From a virus: a stretch of 64,000 bases of DNA. This document shows positions 18,263 through 27,026 of this stretch, one piece after another. Both the position numbers and the translations under genes were made by a program. Below the pieces are notes generated by a model, which was not told where the DNA came from, searched no databases, and was given only the letters and a program-made list of their open reading frames with translations. The stretch is taken from IMG/VR virus record IMGVR_UViG_3300045988_079296, positions 32,001-96,000 of that record; one strand, 5' to 3'. Positions within the stretch are counted from its first letter, which is position 1, and every line of letters begins with the position of its first letter.

Positions 18263-18860
18263 ACATGAATTTGTTGAACTCTTCTTCTCCGATAACTAAC
18301 TTCAACCGCTCGGATAACAAACTGAGGTGTACTTCCTCGTCCGCAATCAGCTTAGACGTTAATTGCATTGCTATCGTCATTGTCTTGGAATAGTTCTCCG
18401 ATACTTCAGATATTCTCGCTTGAATACCTTCGTAGAAACGGATTGTTTCTTGCTCGGCTGTTATCGCTATCTTCAACGCTTCTTCTGCGTCTTTCCCAAC
18501 CTTTACGCCTGAGTTTACAAAACGTTGGTCTATCTTACCGCCTAACTTACGAATGAAGTCTGAAAGTTTATCGTAGTGCTTCATTTCAGTCATTCCAATA
18601 CCCAACATCAGCTCTCCTATATCTTCAAAAGTCGCTTCTTGGGTAGTGTACATATGTATGGCTGTAAGCTCGGAGAAAGAGTTTGAACCGTTATGTATCG
18701 GATAGAACCATTCAGCTGCTACTCCGTCATCCGCTTTCGCCCCATCATACTCTGGATATTCATAATCGGGGTTTGAATAGCGCATAGCATTTACCAACCC
18801 GTCAGTAAGGTCGTCAAGTTGATTTTTGCTCAACGGCTTCATTTTCGCAAAGTCTTTCAT
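18249..18860 (-). CDS. ferritin-like di-iron carboxylate superfamily protein
   Basis: Four-helix pattern E..(ELTAIHMY), ExxH (EMKHYDKL), E (AEQETIRFYE), ExxH (DEEVHLSLL). The track start at 18869 is TTG, so ATG 18860 is used (alternative ATG at 18842). Confidence 0.45.
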   Translation of the reverse strand: MKDFAKMKPLSKNQLDDLTDGLVNAMRYSNPDYEYPEYDGAKADDGVAAEWFYPIHNGSNSFSELTAIHMYTTQEATFEDIGELMLGIGMTEMKHYDKLSDFIRKLGGKIDQRFVNSGVKVGKDAEEALKIAITAEQETIRFYEGIQARISEVSENYSKTMTIAMQLTSKLIADEEVHLSLLSERLKLVIGEEEFNKFMYEED

Positions 18861-19053
18861 ATTCCTCAATTTTTCTTTGTTTATCTTCTTCGGTCATATT
18901 GCAAGTGCGTCCTATAATGTTACTTGATAATATCTTCACGCTTCCATCAGGCTGCTTTTGCATCATAGTTTCAACGGCAAAGTCGTTACCTTGACCGAAG
19001 TCAACCCCGATAAACAAACCTTTGCCGTTGGTGAATTGTTGGAACTGTCTCAT
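18814..19053 (-). CDS. hypothetical protein
   Basis: 79 aa. Its ATG overlaps the dUTPase stop as TAATG. Confidence 0.45.
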   Translation of the reverse strand: MRQFQQFTNGKGLFIGVDFGQGNDFAVETMMQKQPDGSVKILSSNIIGRTCNMTEEDKQRKIEEYERLCENEAVEQKST

Positions 19054-19508
19054 TATTTCATTCCCGTGTGTCCATAACCTCCCGCACCTCTCTCGGAGTC
19101 ACGCTGAAAGCCTTCTACTGGTTTCCATGTAGCTTGGAATAAACCGCCTGAGCCGTTGCACACCGCCTGAGCAATTCTCTCCCCTCTCTTAACAACAAAC
19201 GTCTCGTTGCTGAGATTAATCAAAGGCACTCCAACTTCTCCTTGGTAGTCGGCATCTATTGTGCCAGGTGCGTTGATAACTGTTATGCCTTTCTTAACAG
19301 CCAAACCGCTTCTCGGTCTTATCTGCATTTCGGCATCCGTAGGTAGCTCAACATATACTCCCGTAGGAACAACGCAACGTTCCATGGGTTGAAGTACAAT
19401 GTCATTAACGTTTGCAGCATACAAATCTGCTCCTGCCGAAAGTTCGGTTGCATAATAGGGAAGTTTACCAAAACCTTTGATAATAATTCTTACGTCTCTC
19501 TTTTCCAT
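19053..19508 (-). CDS. dut: dUTP pyrophosphatase
   Basis: 151 aa. Motifs seen: SAGADLYA, RSGLAVKKGITV.NAPGTIDADYQGEVGV, GERIAQ and RGAGGYGHTG. Confidence 0.95.
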   Translation of the reverse strand: MEKRDVRIIIKGFGKLPYYATELSAGADLYAANVNDIVLQPMERCVVPTGVYVELPTDAEMQIRPRSGLAVKKGITVINAPGTIDADYQGEVGVPLINLSNETFVVKRGERIAQAVCNGSGGLFQATWKPVEGFQRDSERGAGGYGHTGMK

Positions 19509-19525
19509 TGTTGTTTATTTAATTG

Positions 19526-21196
19526 TTATAAAAATGTATATTTGAATCCCGTTGTTATCAAATTAGCTCCTAACTTAGCCAACCAGAAGCTGGATGAAAT
19601 ATCATCATGCTCTCCTACACTCTCCAATCCCTTATCCGTGAACGCCACAGAACCAAGGTCGGAGAATATGAGGTCTTTAACGTTGCGAGAATAGTCATCG
19701 CCTACGGGAATGTGGATTTTGCCACGCTCAAAGTCTATCGCCAAACCTGGCCAACCCGTCTTCAAGTCATACTTATCTATTCCCGTAGTATGTCCCACAA
19801 CTGGAAGTCCTTGACGGTCACTCTCTTGTACGAATATTTGTTGGAATGTGTTTTGCTCCAATATCATCGTATCAGGTCTGAACCTTGCGTTGATACCTTT
19901 CAACGTCTGCATTTGTTCGTTGAAAGTCATTCCCTTTTGGCGGTGGAAATTAAGCAACCATCTTTCTCCCGTCTCGTCATCTACTCCCCATGTACTGAAC
20001 ACGGTGTAGTCGGCTGCTACGTTAGCGGAGATTGCGAAGTCACAACCCGTTACAACTTTGTTAAACTTAATAGGGAAGTCATCACGATTTCTTACCAATA
20101 CATAATTTTCCATACGGAGTAAAGAACGCTCAAGAACCTTCAACGGGAAGATTGATGCTTCATTCGTAATAGGTCGGCATAAGTTCTCACGGGAAAAGAT
20201 TATGTTACCTTGGGTTGACCTCTTATCTAACAAATCGAAGAAGCTCCAACGCTGTGGCCAAAGTATTCGTCCATCGGGAAAGATTGCAGGATATTCAATT
20301 ACAAACCATCCTTTCTTGCTCTTCAAATCTCCGTATAAGTCGGCTGCGTGAAATGGAGTTCCAACGACTACTATTTGTCCACCTGGTACAAGCATGTTCA
20401 TAATTACCGAATGGAAATAGTCAATGCTCTTCTGCCTTTGTAGCTGACTGTATATGACGTTATCTTTCAGTCCGTCATCTACGACTATCCAGAAGGGGTG
20501 AGCACCACGTACAGAGCTTCCAAACCCCTTACACGTCAATCTCGCTCCGTTCTTACATACGATATTCGTACTTGCCCACGCTCCGCTGTTTCTCGTATCG
20601 GGGAAAAGACGATTGCGAAGAATGTCGTTGCTCTCTATCGTTCCCTTCAAAATCTCCATTAAGTCCACGGACTGCTGGAGTGAGAAGCTAAACAAATACC
20701 CACGATTGGAATTTGCCTTCGTTGGTCTTGCCGAAAACACATTGCCTCTCGGCTTTGCGTAGGAATAAAGTTTCCAAGCAGCGTATGCGTTGGAGAAGTA
20801 GAAAGATTTACCGTGGTCACGGGCAGCTTCAATACAGAGCTTTCTATGACGGTGCACCAAATCTCCCCATTCCAAATGATGCCAAGATAGTTGGAAGTCT
20901 GGAATGACCGAAGTAATGAAGTATGTAAGGTTTCTTGTCCTTAAAGTTTCCTCAATACTCTCTGAAAGTCTCTCGGTGTACTTCGGGGAAAAGTCTATAT
21001 CAGTCTTGCCCGTGTACATAACTTCAAAAGTGTCTCGGATTAAGTTATCAATAACAAAGTCCAAGTCACCCTCCGAACCTTCAAGAAGCTCGTTTATGCC
21101 TCTTTCGTCCAAACCTTCTATAATTTCATCAACGACATTCAAACATTCCAATCGGTGCATTGGGGTTTGAAGTATCAATCCTGAGTCTGTAATCAT
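19526..21196 (-). CDS. terL: terminase large subunit
   Basis: 556 aa. It has a Walker A-like AARDHGKSF, a Walker B-like FWIVVDDGL, VVVGTPFH, and a C-terminal RNaseH-like nuclease region (GCDFAIS ... HDDISSS). Confidence 0.8.
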   Translation of the reverse strand: MITDSGLILQTPMHRLECLNVVDEIIEGLDERGINELLEGSEGDLDFVIDNLIRDTFEVMYTGKTDIDFSPKYTERLSESIEETLRTRNLTYFITSVIPDFQLSWHHLEWGDLVHRHRKLCIEAARDHGKSFYFSNAYAAWKLYSYAKPRGNVFSARPTKANSNRGYLFSFSLQQSVDLMEILKGTIESNDILRNRLFPDTRNSGAWASTNIVCKNGARLTCKGFGSSVRGAHPFWIVVDDGLKDNVIYSQLQRQKSIDYFHSVIMNMLVPGGQIVVVGTPFHAADLYGDLKSKKGWFVIEYPAIFPDGRILWPQRWSFFDLLDKRSTQGNIIFSRENLCRPITNEASIFPLKVLERSLLRMENYVLVRNRDDFPIKFNKVVTGCDFAISANVAADYTVFSTWGVDDETGERWLLNFHRQKGMTFNEQMQTLKGINARFRPDTMILEQNTFQQIFVQESDRQGLPVVGHTTGIDKYDLKTGWPGLAIDFERGKIHIPVGDDYSRNVKDLIFSDLGSVAFTDKGLESVGEHDDISSSFWLAKLGANLITTGFKYTFL

Positions 21197-21209
21197 ACCA
21201 AACGTCTTT

Positions 21210-21246
21210 AAACAGCAAAAGCTAACAAAGATTGCTCCTTGTTAGC
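21210..21246 (-). terminator. rho-independent terminator
   Basis: Stem gctaacaa (21221-21228) / ttgttagc (21239-21246). On the minus strand it is followed by ttttgctgttt. Confidence 0.65.
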
Positions 21247-21270
21247 TCCCACACTTATATTACCTTGTTG

Positions 21271-22035
21271 TTAGTATTCGATTGTGCCGTCAATATCGGC
21301 TTGTAACTTCCTATAAAGTTCATCCTTTTCCTCCTTCGTCAAACTATCATCCGAATCAATCGAAGCCTTGTATCGCAAAATGTCGTTATTGAGAATTTTG
21401 CACATCGACAATACATCTGTCTTTATGGTATCTCTTTGAGCCTTCTTATTAAAGACAAGACGGAACTCATAATCACCTTTCGTAAACTCCAACAATCCGA
21501 ATATTTGCAGAGCGTTCAAAGCGTTCGCTGCCTTCTGATGAGATAACTTCGTAGCCTTACAAAGTTGAGTTCTTGTAAATATGGTATGTTCCGCTTGTTC
21601 GATAGGAGTTGAACCCGCAAGGATTAACCAAACTTGTTTTGCATTACGCTCGGATTGGATGCGGTTGGTTGCATCTGAAAGAAAGTTTGAGAGATTGTTT
21701 TTGTTTGCCGTTTCTCCTTTCGCATCAAGATAGTCGTCAATTATCTTATCTTCCAATATAACTACTTCCACCCCGTTCTCCTTTGCAGCCGAAGTAGCAA
21801 TTTGAGCCACAGTCGGATGGAGACATGCCATAATCAATACTGACTGTTCTCTCGGTGGAACAGGTTTCTTGTATGTTTCCTCTTTAGGTGCTTGCTCTTC
21901 AAGTTTCGGAGCTTCTTCAACCTTCTTCCTCGTTCTCTTTGCAGGAAGTTCACCTGCGGCACGGGCAGCTTCAATTTCTGCCTTCGTTCTCCGTTTACGC
22001 TTCGGAGCTTCTGATTTGTTTTCCAATTCTGACAT
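21271..22035 (-). CDS. DNA-binding protein, possible small terminase subunit
   Basis: 254 aa. The N-terminus is basic and there is a helix-turn-helix-like TRTQLCKATKLSHQKAANALNALQIFGLLEF. It lies immediately upstream of terL. Confidence 0.3.
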   Translation of the reverse strand: MSELENKSEAPKRKRRTKAEIEAARAAGELPAKRTRKKVEEAPKLEEQAPKEETYKKPVPPREQSVLIMACLHPTVAQIATSAAKENGVEVVILEDKIIDDYLDAKGETANKNNLSNFLSDATNRIQSERNAKQVWLILAGSTPIEQAEHTIFTRTQLCKATKLSHQKAANALNALQIFGLLEFTKGDYEFRLVFNKKAQRDTIKTDVLSMCKILNNDILRYKASIDSDDSLTKEEKDELYRKLQADIDGTIEY

Positions 22036-22066
22036 AGTCTTTACAATTTACGATATTATACTTGTT

Positions 22067-22822
22067 TTATCTCTTAATGTATTTCAAAGTGTGACGTATC
22101 AAATAGTCGGCAGCAACTTGAGGTGTCTCAAATAAGTCCTTAACGCTTACATCTTGCATCAATGAATACTTATTAGGAGCTGGTGAAGGTTCAATATCTT
22201 CATCCATATCTTCATAATAAGCGTTCCAATCAATCCATTTTTGGTTTACAATCTCCAAGTTATACAGAATTGACTTGCCGTCCTCTCCGTAATGCAAGGA
22301 GATTATCTTGCCCTCAACAATACCTCCGTCTTTCAACGCAAATCTCATATCTCCTAAATTGGGGATAATTACTTGTCGTTTTACTTTGACGGCTGGAGAA
22401 GAGTGTTGATGCGCATCCTTGCGTGTGCTTGAGCGTTTTGGCTGAAGGTCGGAACTCTTTGATGCGGGATAACCTTCAAAGTCCTCCGCTTTCCGTTCTC
22501 CTACGGGAACATAATACGACTTGCGTTCCGCTTTGGCTTCCTCGTGAATAGTCTTAACCAAATACTTAATGTCGGGAATGATTTGGGACTTAACCATGTA
22601 ACGCTTCCCAGACATTTCTCCTTCTTCCTCTACCAAACCTAATTTAGCAAGAGCCTTCATAACGTATGGAGCGTATTTCTTTTCTACTCCTGCGCTTTCA
22701 AGAATTTTACCAATTGGTCTTTCCTTTACATTTATCCATACGTTCAAGTTGGATACATTTAAAATCTCTTCCAAAGCCAGCTCCAACGCTGCTCTTACTT
22801 CATCGACAGTTGCTCTTGCCAT
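22067..22822 (-). CDS. hypothetical protein with winged-helix-like segment
   Basis: The track ORF extends to 22918 by translating the leader motif. ATG 22822 (MARATVDEV) is preferred. Confidence 0.5.
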   Translation of the reverse strand: MARATVDEVRAALELALEEILNVSNLNVWINVKERPIGKILESAGVEKKYAPYVMKALAKLGLVEEEGEMSGKRYMVKSQIIPDIKYLVKTIHEEAKAERKSYYVPVGERKAEDFEGYPASKSSDLQPKRSSTRKDAHQHSSPAVKVKRQVIIPNLGDMRFALKDGGIVEGKIISLHYGEDGKSILYNLEIVNQKWIDWNAYYEDMDEDIEPSPAPNKYSLMQDVSVKDLFETPQVAADYLIRHTLKYIKR

Positions 22823-22833
22823 AATTATTACTA

Positions 22834-22849
22834 CAATTTGATTTACAAT
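22834..22849 (-). promoter_or_regulatory. conserved leader motif copy 2
   Basis: caatttgatttacaat, 11 nt upstream of ATG 22822. It is preceded on the minus strand by a -7-like TATATTTG (22869-22862) with no TTTG -33 box. Confidence 0.65.
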
Positions 22850-22883
22850 TTTGTTAATATACAAATATAAACTTTGGCGACTT

Positions 22884-23558
22884 TTATTTTGGGTTTTTGC
22901 CTGCACATCTAAACTCAAAGAACTCCTTGCCTTTCGTGCGCTCTCTTACTTCCTTTTCAACGCTCGCTTCTCCCTTCTTACTTCGGAGCTTCTTCATAAA
23001 CCAACGGAGAAGGTCTGCGGTTGCTTCTACGTCATTCATAGCACCGTGAGCATCGGTTATCTTCAACTTGGCGTATCGGATTGCATCTGATAATGTAATT
23101 TTCTCGTTTCCGTTTACTCCCCAAGTAAGTTTAGTCAAAGTCATGGTATCAATAAAGTTATCTTGGAGTAATTGCCAAATACTTCCTTTCTTACAGTATT
23201 GGAAGGCCCATTCCAACATACGGTGGTCAAATGATATATTATGTCCTACCGATACCATGCGCCTTGCATCTTCCCATTTCGCCTTCGATTGATATTGTTT
23301 CCAAAGCTCATGAGTAGTACTGATGAACTCCTTGACTGGAATACCGTTCTTTATATCGGACATCGTTACCATGGTCTTATCCAAAGCAGCTTGTTCAATC
23401 TTTAGGTCGGCATAAGGCTTGACAAATGTCTCGTATCGGTCAAGCTCCTTTAGCGTTGTTCCTTCGAGAATAATACAAGCATATTGAGTGATTGGGTTTT
23501 CTTCGGGTTTCAATCCTCCCGTCTCGCAGTCGTGAACTATAAAATTACTTGTTATCAT
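22884..23558 (-). CDS. DEDDh 3'-5' exonuclease (DnaQ/epsilon-like)
   Basis: 224 aa. ExoI is FIVHDCETGG, ExoII is GHNISFDHRML and ExoIII is HGAMNDVEATADL. Confidence 0.85.
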   Translation of the reverse strand: MITSNFIVHDCETGGLKPEENPITQYACIILEGTTLKELDRYETFVKPYADLKIEQAALDKTMVTMSDIKNGIPVKEFISTTHELWKQYQSKAKWEDARRMVSVGHNISFDHRMLEWAFQYCKKGSIWQLLQDNFIDTMTLTKLTWGVNGNEKITLSDAIRYAKLKITDAHGAMNDVEATADLLRWFMKKLRSKKGEASVEKEVRERTKGKEFFEFRCAGKNPK

Positions 23559-23639
23559 ATTACCTTTAAATTAAGAATACCGTAAACTTAGTAAATAAAC
23601 CTTGTTCACGGTATTCGGGGATATGGAAAGATACAAAGA

Positions 23640-24233
23640 TTATTTCGTTTCTTCTCCTTCTACGGGTTGATGTTCGTTATTATCTGCTTCAGACGGTGCT
23701 TTATCTGCCTGCTCCGTGCCTTTCGTTTCTTCCGCAGCTTCTTCCTCGTTCTCTTCAAATTCTGCCTTTAAAACAGTTTGGTAGATGCCGCAATCTTCTT
23801 TGTTATCGCAGCTTTCGCAAGTTTCCTTGTTGAAAGTCATCCCTGGCAATATTACGCCGCTGGGGAACGGTCTCAAATGACCAACATATTTCTCGGCTTC
23901 ACCCGTCATGTCTTCCCATGTACGTTGCTTAACTGCTTCGGAACGCCCATGACGCACGCCCTTGGCGTATGCTTCTTTGGCTATTGCGTCAACCTTCTCG
24001 CTCAAAAGCTCCGAACTCTTCTCAATGAGTTGCTCAACTTCCTTCTTTGACCAAGACTTCTTTTCAGCAAACATCTTCGGTTCAATCTCGGTCATGACTT
24101 GGTAAACTACGGCTGCACCTTCGGGGTTGTTACGTCTCTTGTACGTATGTGCGCTGAATTGAAGAGCTTGCCAAATTACTTCTCTCTGTCTCTCGTTGAG
24201 CAACATGCTCAAAATGAATCTTCTTAATTTCAT
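23640..24233 (-). CDS. hypothetical protein with acidic C-terminus
   Basis: 197 aa with an ATG start. Confidence 0.5.
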   Translation of the reverse strand: MKLRRFILSMLLNERQREVIWQALQFSAHTYKRRNNPEGAAVVYQVMTEIEPKMFAEKKSWSKKEVEQLIEKSSELLSEKVDAIAKEAYAKGVRHGRSEAVKQRTWEDMTGEAEKYVGHLRPFPSGVILPGMTFNKETCESCDNKEDCGIYQTVLKAEFEENEEEAAEETKGTEQADKAPSEADNNEHQPVEGEETK

Positions 24234-24523
24234 TTCTTTTTGTTTTTATTGTTTAACGTATTGAATATATCCCAACCTGCTGTGTAAACCAAAGTCCACT
24301 GACCCTCTTCGTCCTTTCGTATTACCTTCACATACTTCTTTCGGAACTCCGCTGGCGGTGTATTAACCGTTGGATGTGAAACTTGCTCTTCAAACGGAGC
24401 TACTTTTACAAGCTCACCTTTCTTCCAAGGCTTCAAGAGGTGCTTGTTGTACGAACGCTTTTCAGGCTCTTCGTTTACTACCAAGAACTTTGGTAATGCT
24501 TCTTTGCTCGTGATTGCTTTCAT
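24230..24523 (-). CDS. hypothetical protein
   Basis: 97 aa. It overlaps the next gene by 4 nt (ATGA). Confidence 0.5.
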   Translation of the reverse strand: MKAITSKEALPKFLVVNEEPEKRSYNKHLLKPWKKGELVKVAPFEEQVSHPTVNTPPAEFRKKYVKVIRKDEEGQWTLVYTAGWDIFNTLNNKNKKK

Positions 24524-24559
24524 TATTAATATTGTTTAATCTTCTGGACTTATAAACTT

Positions 24560-24606
24560 TGGGCAAAAAGAAACTGGGCAGGAAGATAAACCTCCAAAAC
24601 CCAGTT
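24560..24606 (-). terminator. rho-independent terminator after the HU gene
   Basis: Stem aactggg (24572-24578) / cccagtt (24600-24606). On the minus strand it is followed by tctttttgccc. Confidence 0.55.
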
Positions 24607-24633
24607 CCCAAAAGCATATTGATGGAGCATGCT

Positions 24634-24939
24634 TTATTTCTTGCCTTTCTTAGCAGCCTTCTTCGGCTGGATGACCTTCTTCACCTTCGTAGAAGCCTTG
24701 AAGCCTACGGTGTGTGATTCGGGGATGTCCAACGCTTCGCCAGTCAACGGGTTGCGTCCTTTACGGGCAGTGAAGATAGAAGGTTTGAACTTACCCAATT
24801 CAGGGAAGTTTACTTCATCGCCATTTTCTACTACTGCTTCAACAATAATCGGCTGCATTGCGTCAATTACGCTGTTTACTACATCTTGGGTGTGACCCGT
24901 CTGTTTTGCAATCGCTTGCACTAATTCAAACTTTTTCAT
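24634..24939 (-). CDS. HU/IHF-family DNA-binding protein
   Basis: 101 aa. MKKFELVQAIAKQTG...GKFKPSIFTARKGRNPLTGEALDIPESHTVGFKAS is a classic HU signature. It carries a Lys-rich C-terminal tail. Confidence 0.9.
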   Translation of the reverse strand: MKKFELVQAIAKQTGHTQDVVNSVIDAMQPIIVEAVVENGDEVNFPELGKFKPSIFTARKGRNPLTGEALDIPESHTVGFKASTKVKKVIQPKKAAKKGKK

Positions 24940-24991
24940 CTTTACAATTTGTTAATTAAACAATATTCAAAACACTTTATAGTTGTTCTTT

Positions 24992-25435
24992 CTATACTTC
25001 GATAACGTTGAGTCCATTTTCTTTAAGGACTTCAAGCAATTTCTCCATTTTCTCGTCTCTTGCTTCCTCCGTCATAAACCAAAAGGATATATTGGTTTTC
25101 GTGATAAACTGACCAGGCGTTAAGTCCTTGTTTATGGTTATACCGAACTCCCAGTGAGCCTTCGGTTTTTCCACAAAACGCATATCATACTCCATGGTAT
25201 GGAAGTCATAAGCTGATATGGTTACTCCGAACTCTTTGAAGTGCAGAACGGTCTTGGAAAGCCGTTTCTTTTCTTCCTCTCCATTGTCCCAATCATCGTC
25301 TTGACCTTCGGCTTCCTCTTCTTCCTCGTCCTCATCAATATCGCCAATTAAACCTTTCTTTGGTTTAGCAGCGTGTTTACGGGTAAACTTTGGTTTTCCG
25401 CTATCTTCGGGAATTTGACTCAATCGTACTTTCAT
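24992..25435 (-). CDS. hypothetical protein with acidic tract
   Basis: The track start at 25447 is TTG. ATG 25435 forms an ATGA overlap with the upstream stop. Confidence 0.5.
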   Translation of the reverse strand: MKVRLSQIPEDSGKPKFTRKHAAKPKKGLIGDIDEDEEEEEAEGQDDDWDNGEEEKKRLSKTVLHFKEFGVTISAYDFHTMEYDMRFVEKPKAHWEFGITINKDLTPGQFITKTNISFWFMTEEARDEKMEKLLEVLKENGLNVIEV

Positions 25436-25623
25436 TTGTCTAACCAATTTTTGAATTTCTTACTCTTCTTGGAATATAAAACTATTAAAGCCATGATGAA
25501 CAAAAACAAATAGGTTGATAATAAAACCCAACCTGCATCGTTTGTCATCAAATATACGATTGTATTGCTTAATAGCCAAATTAAAGCATAGCAATTTACA
25601 AACTTATCTCTATTTGTTTTCAT
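25432..25623 (-). CDS. small membrane protein
   Basis: 63 aa with two hydrophobic helices. It has ATGA overlaps on both sides. Confidence 0.5.
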   Translation of the reverse strand: MKTNRDKFVNCYALIWLLSNTIVYLMTNDAGWVLLSTYLFLFIMALIVLYSKKSKKFKNWLDK

Positions 25624-26189
25624 AACAATCCTTGTTCTCTAAATTCTGATAAAACATTATTTTGAGCTCTTATGAACTCTGTTGACATCGCCCATGCTTC
25701 TTCGCTTAACATTCTTATGCCTGCTCCGTAGAAGTCCCAAAAGTATGTATCAATGGCGGTCTGAACTCCGTACACTTCATAGTTCACATTCTCTCGTCTC
25801 AGCGGTATCGTTACCATGATATTGTAATCGGAGATATGAACTGTTAAACCTTGTATGCTTCCTTCTCCGATAACTTTAACAAATTTAATTGTATGCTGAA
25901 ACTCTCGTCCATTAAGTTTATCTACAAAACAACGACTTCTCGCAGAAAGCTCCGAAGAAGTTAAACCGCCCGTTCCTGCTTTGTTTGGGTCGGGTAACAT
26001 TTCTACTATCGTTTGTACCATAATCTGGGATAGTAGGACTTTGCGACTTCCAAACAATTTGTCATTCAAATATCCTATTTTGGTAAGAGCCGCTGAAAGT
26101 TCTCTCTTCAAACTGCGTCTTTCATTTCTGAAGTTCTCAAGTTCGTCTCGGAGAACCCACCGTGCTATTCGTTTTACAATTTTCTTCAT
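25620..26189 (-). CDS. hypothetical protein
   Basis: The track start at 26246 is GTG and lies inside a terminator stem. ATG 26189 (MKKIVKRIARW) is preferred. Confidence 0.5.
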   Translation of the reverse strand: MKKIVKRIARWVLRDELENFRNERRSLKRELSAALTKIGYLNDKLFGSRKVLLSQIMVQTIVEMLPDPNKAGTGGLTSSELSARSRCFVDKLNGREFQHTIKFVKVIGEGSIQGLTVHISDYNIMVTIPLRRENVNYEVYGVQTAIDTYFWDFYGAGIRMLSEEAWAMSTEFIRAQNNVLSEFREQGLL

Positions 26190-26212
26190 AACGTTCAATC
26201 TATATCTGGGAA

Positions 26213-26251
26213 TAAAAAAAACTGAGGTGAATAACTTTGACGTCACTCACC
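26213..26251 (-). terminator. rho-independent terminator
   Basis: Stem ggtgaat (26226-26232) / actcacc (26245-26251) with one G-U pair. On the minus strand it is followed by a T7 run. Confidence 0.6.
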
Positions 26252-26377
26252 CCCTTATATACCAAGAAAAGTGCCCAAAAGAAGTATATTCAATTCTTTT
26301 ATGGTTTAAATCTTGATATGCCCTTACGTACATATGCGCTCGCTACGCTCGCAATAAAACCCCCTTAAAACAACCCC
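26252..26377. other. non-coding G/C-run island with repeated CCCCCT(T)A motif and a GC-rich 9-nt tandem
   Basis: ccccctta occurs at 26250-26257 and 26360-26367, ccccct(a) at 26374-26380, and cccttа-like at 26321-26326. gcgctcgctacgctcgc occurs at 26336-26352. No ORF is present. Confidence 0.5.
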
Positions 26378-26549
26378 CTATTTGCCAATGTTCTCTTGTA
26401 GCTTCGCCAAATCTGATTGGAACTTAATTAATCCGTCTTTGAGAACGGGAATTGGGTGACTGGTGTAGTTCGGCTCTCTTCCTTCGATAATGTCTTGAAG
26501 GACTTTGATGTCTCTTTTCCAGTTGTTTGATTTGTTTCGTTTTGTCCAT
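26378..26549 (-). pseudogene. small gene whose sensible reading frame needs a +1 shift at an A4 run
   Basis: ATG 26549 gives MDKTKQIKQLEK and then a basic, nonsense-like tail (stop at 26424). The +1 frame has no start codon. It reads RDIKVLQDIIEGREPNYTSHPIPVLKDGLIKFQSDLAKLQENIGK* (stop 26380-26378). The junction is at ggaaaag, which is plus-strand tttt at 26515-26518. Confidence 0.35.
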
Positions 26550-26634
26550 AACTTCGATATTTGCTTGCTACAAGATTATCATACCGTGTGAAGGTCTTTT
26601 ATCCTCCCTTATCGGTTAATCGTCAGCAAAGTGG

Positions 26635-26883
26635 TTAAACAATTTGTATTTCGTATCTTTTAGCCAGTTTCGCTCTTGCTTTAAATATCCGCTCCCGTCT
26701 ATTCATTGCATAGCTGATTTGACTCTCTATCGTTCCGTCAATCCAACAAGCTCCCTTGAGGATATTTTCACGGTCTTTAGGTTTGAAGCTGTTCGCTCTT
26801 GCTACCAATCCCAAGAAGCGTTCTTGCTTCGTTATCTCCCATGACATCTTCTTGATAACCTTTTCAGCCGTTTCAATCTTCAT
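26635..26883 (-). CDS. hypothetical protein
   Basis: 82 aa with an ATG start. Confidence 0.5.
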   Translation of the reverse strand: MKIETAEKVIKKMSWEITKQERFLGLVARANSFKPKDRENILKGACWIDGTIESQISYAMNRRERIFKARAKLAKRYEIQIV

Positions 26884-27022
26884 CCTCTTCTATTTTGTTT
26901 AATTTCTTCCGAAGAGTAGAATTGTAAAAAGCAATCCTTTTCATCTTTACGGTGCTTTTGAGAAAACTCCAGCATTTACCTTGTCGTTTAGCTATTTTTG
27001 CTTTTTTGTTTTCGCTCGCCAT
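26873..27022 (-). CDS. small basic protein (below ORF-track cutoff)
   Basis: 49 aa, MASENKKAKIAKRQGKCWSF.... Its ATG is 4 nt after the upstream stop and it overlaps the next start. Confidence 0.3.
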   Translation of the reverse strand: MASENKKAKIAKRQGKCWSFLKSTVKMKRIAFYNSTLRKKLNKIEEDED

Positions 27023-27026
27023 AATA

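Noticed and set aside
22823-22918. N-terminal extensions in the ORF track that start at TTG/GTG (for example 22823-22918, 32167-32247, 31049-31054, 30822-30869, 15128-15181, 26190-26246, 41731-41832, 28924-28959, 50211-50240)
   Set aside because: The extensions translate the conserved leader motif or run through terminator stems. A nearby ATG gives classic ATGA/TAATG coupling or a short gap, so the ATG starts were preferred.
26247-26634. tRNA, tmRNA or CRISPR repeat in the largest non-coding gaps (26247-26634, 34128-34409, 17822-17980, 60021-60175)
   Set aside because: No T-loop (GGTTCRANYC) or cloverleaf-compatible arms were seen, and no regularly spaced direct repeats. The gaps are explained by promoters, terminators, the frameshifted small gene and the G-run island.
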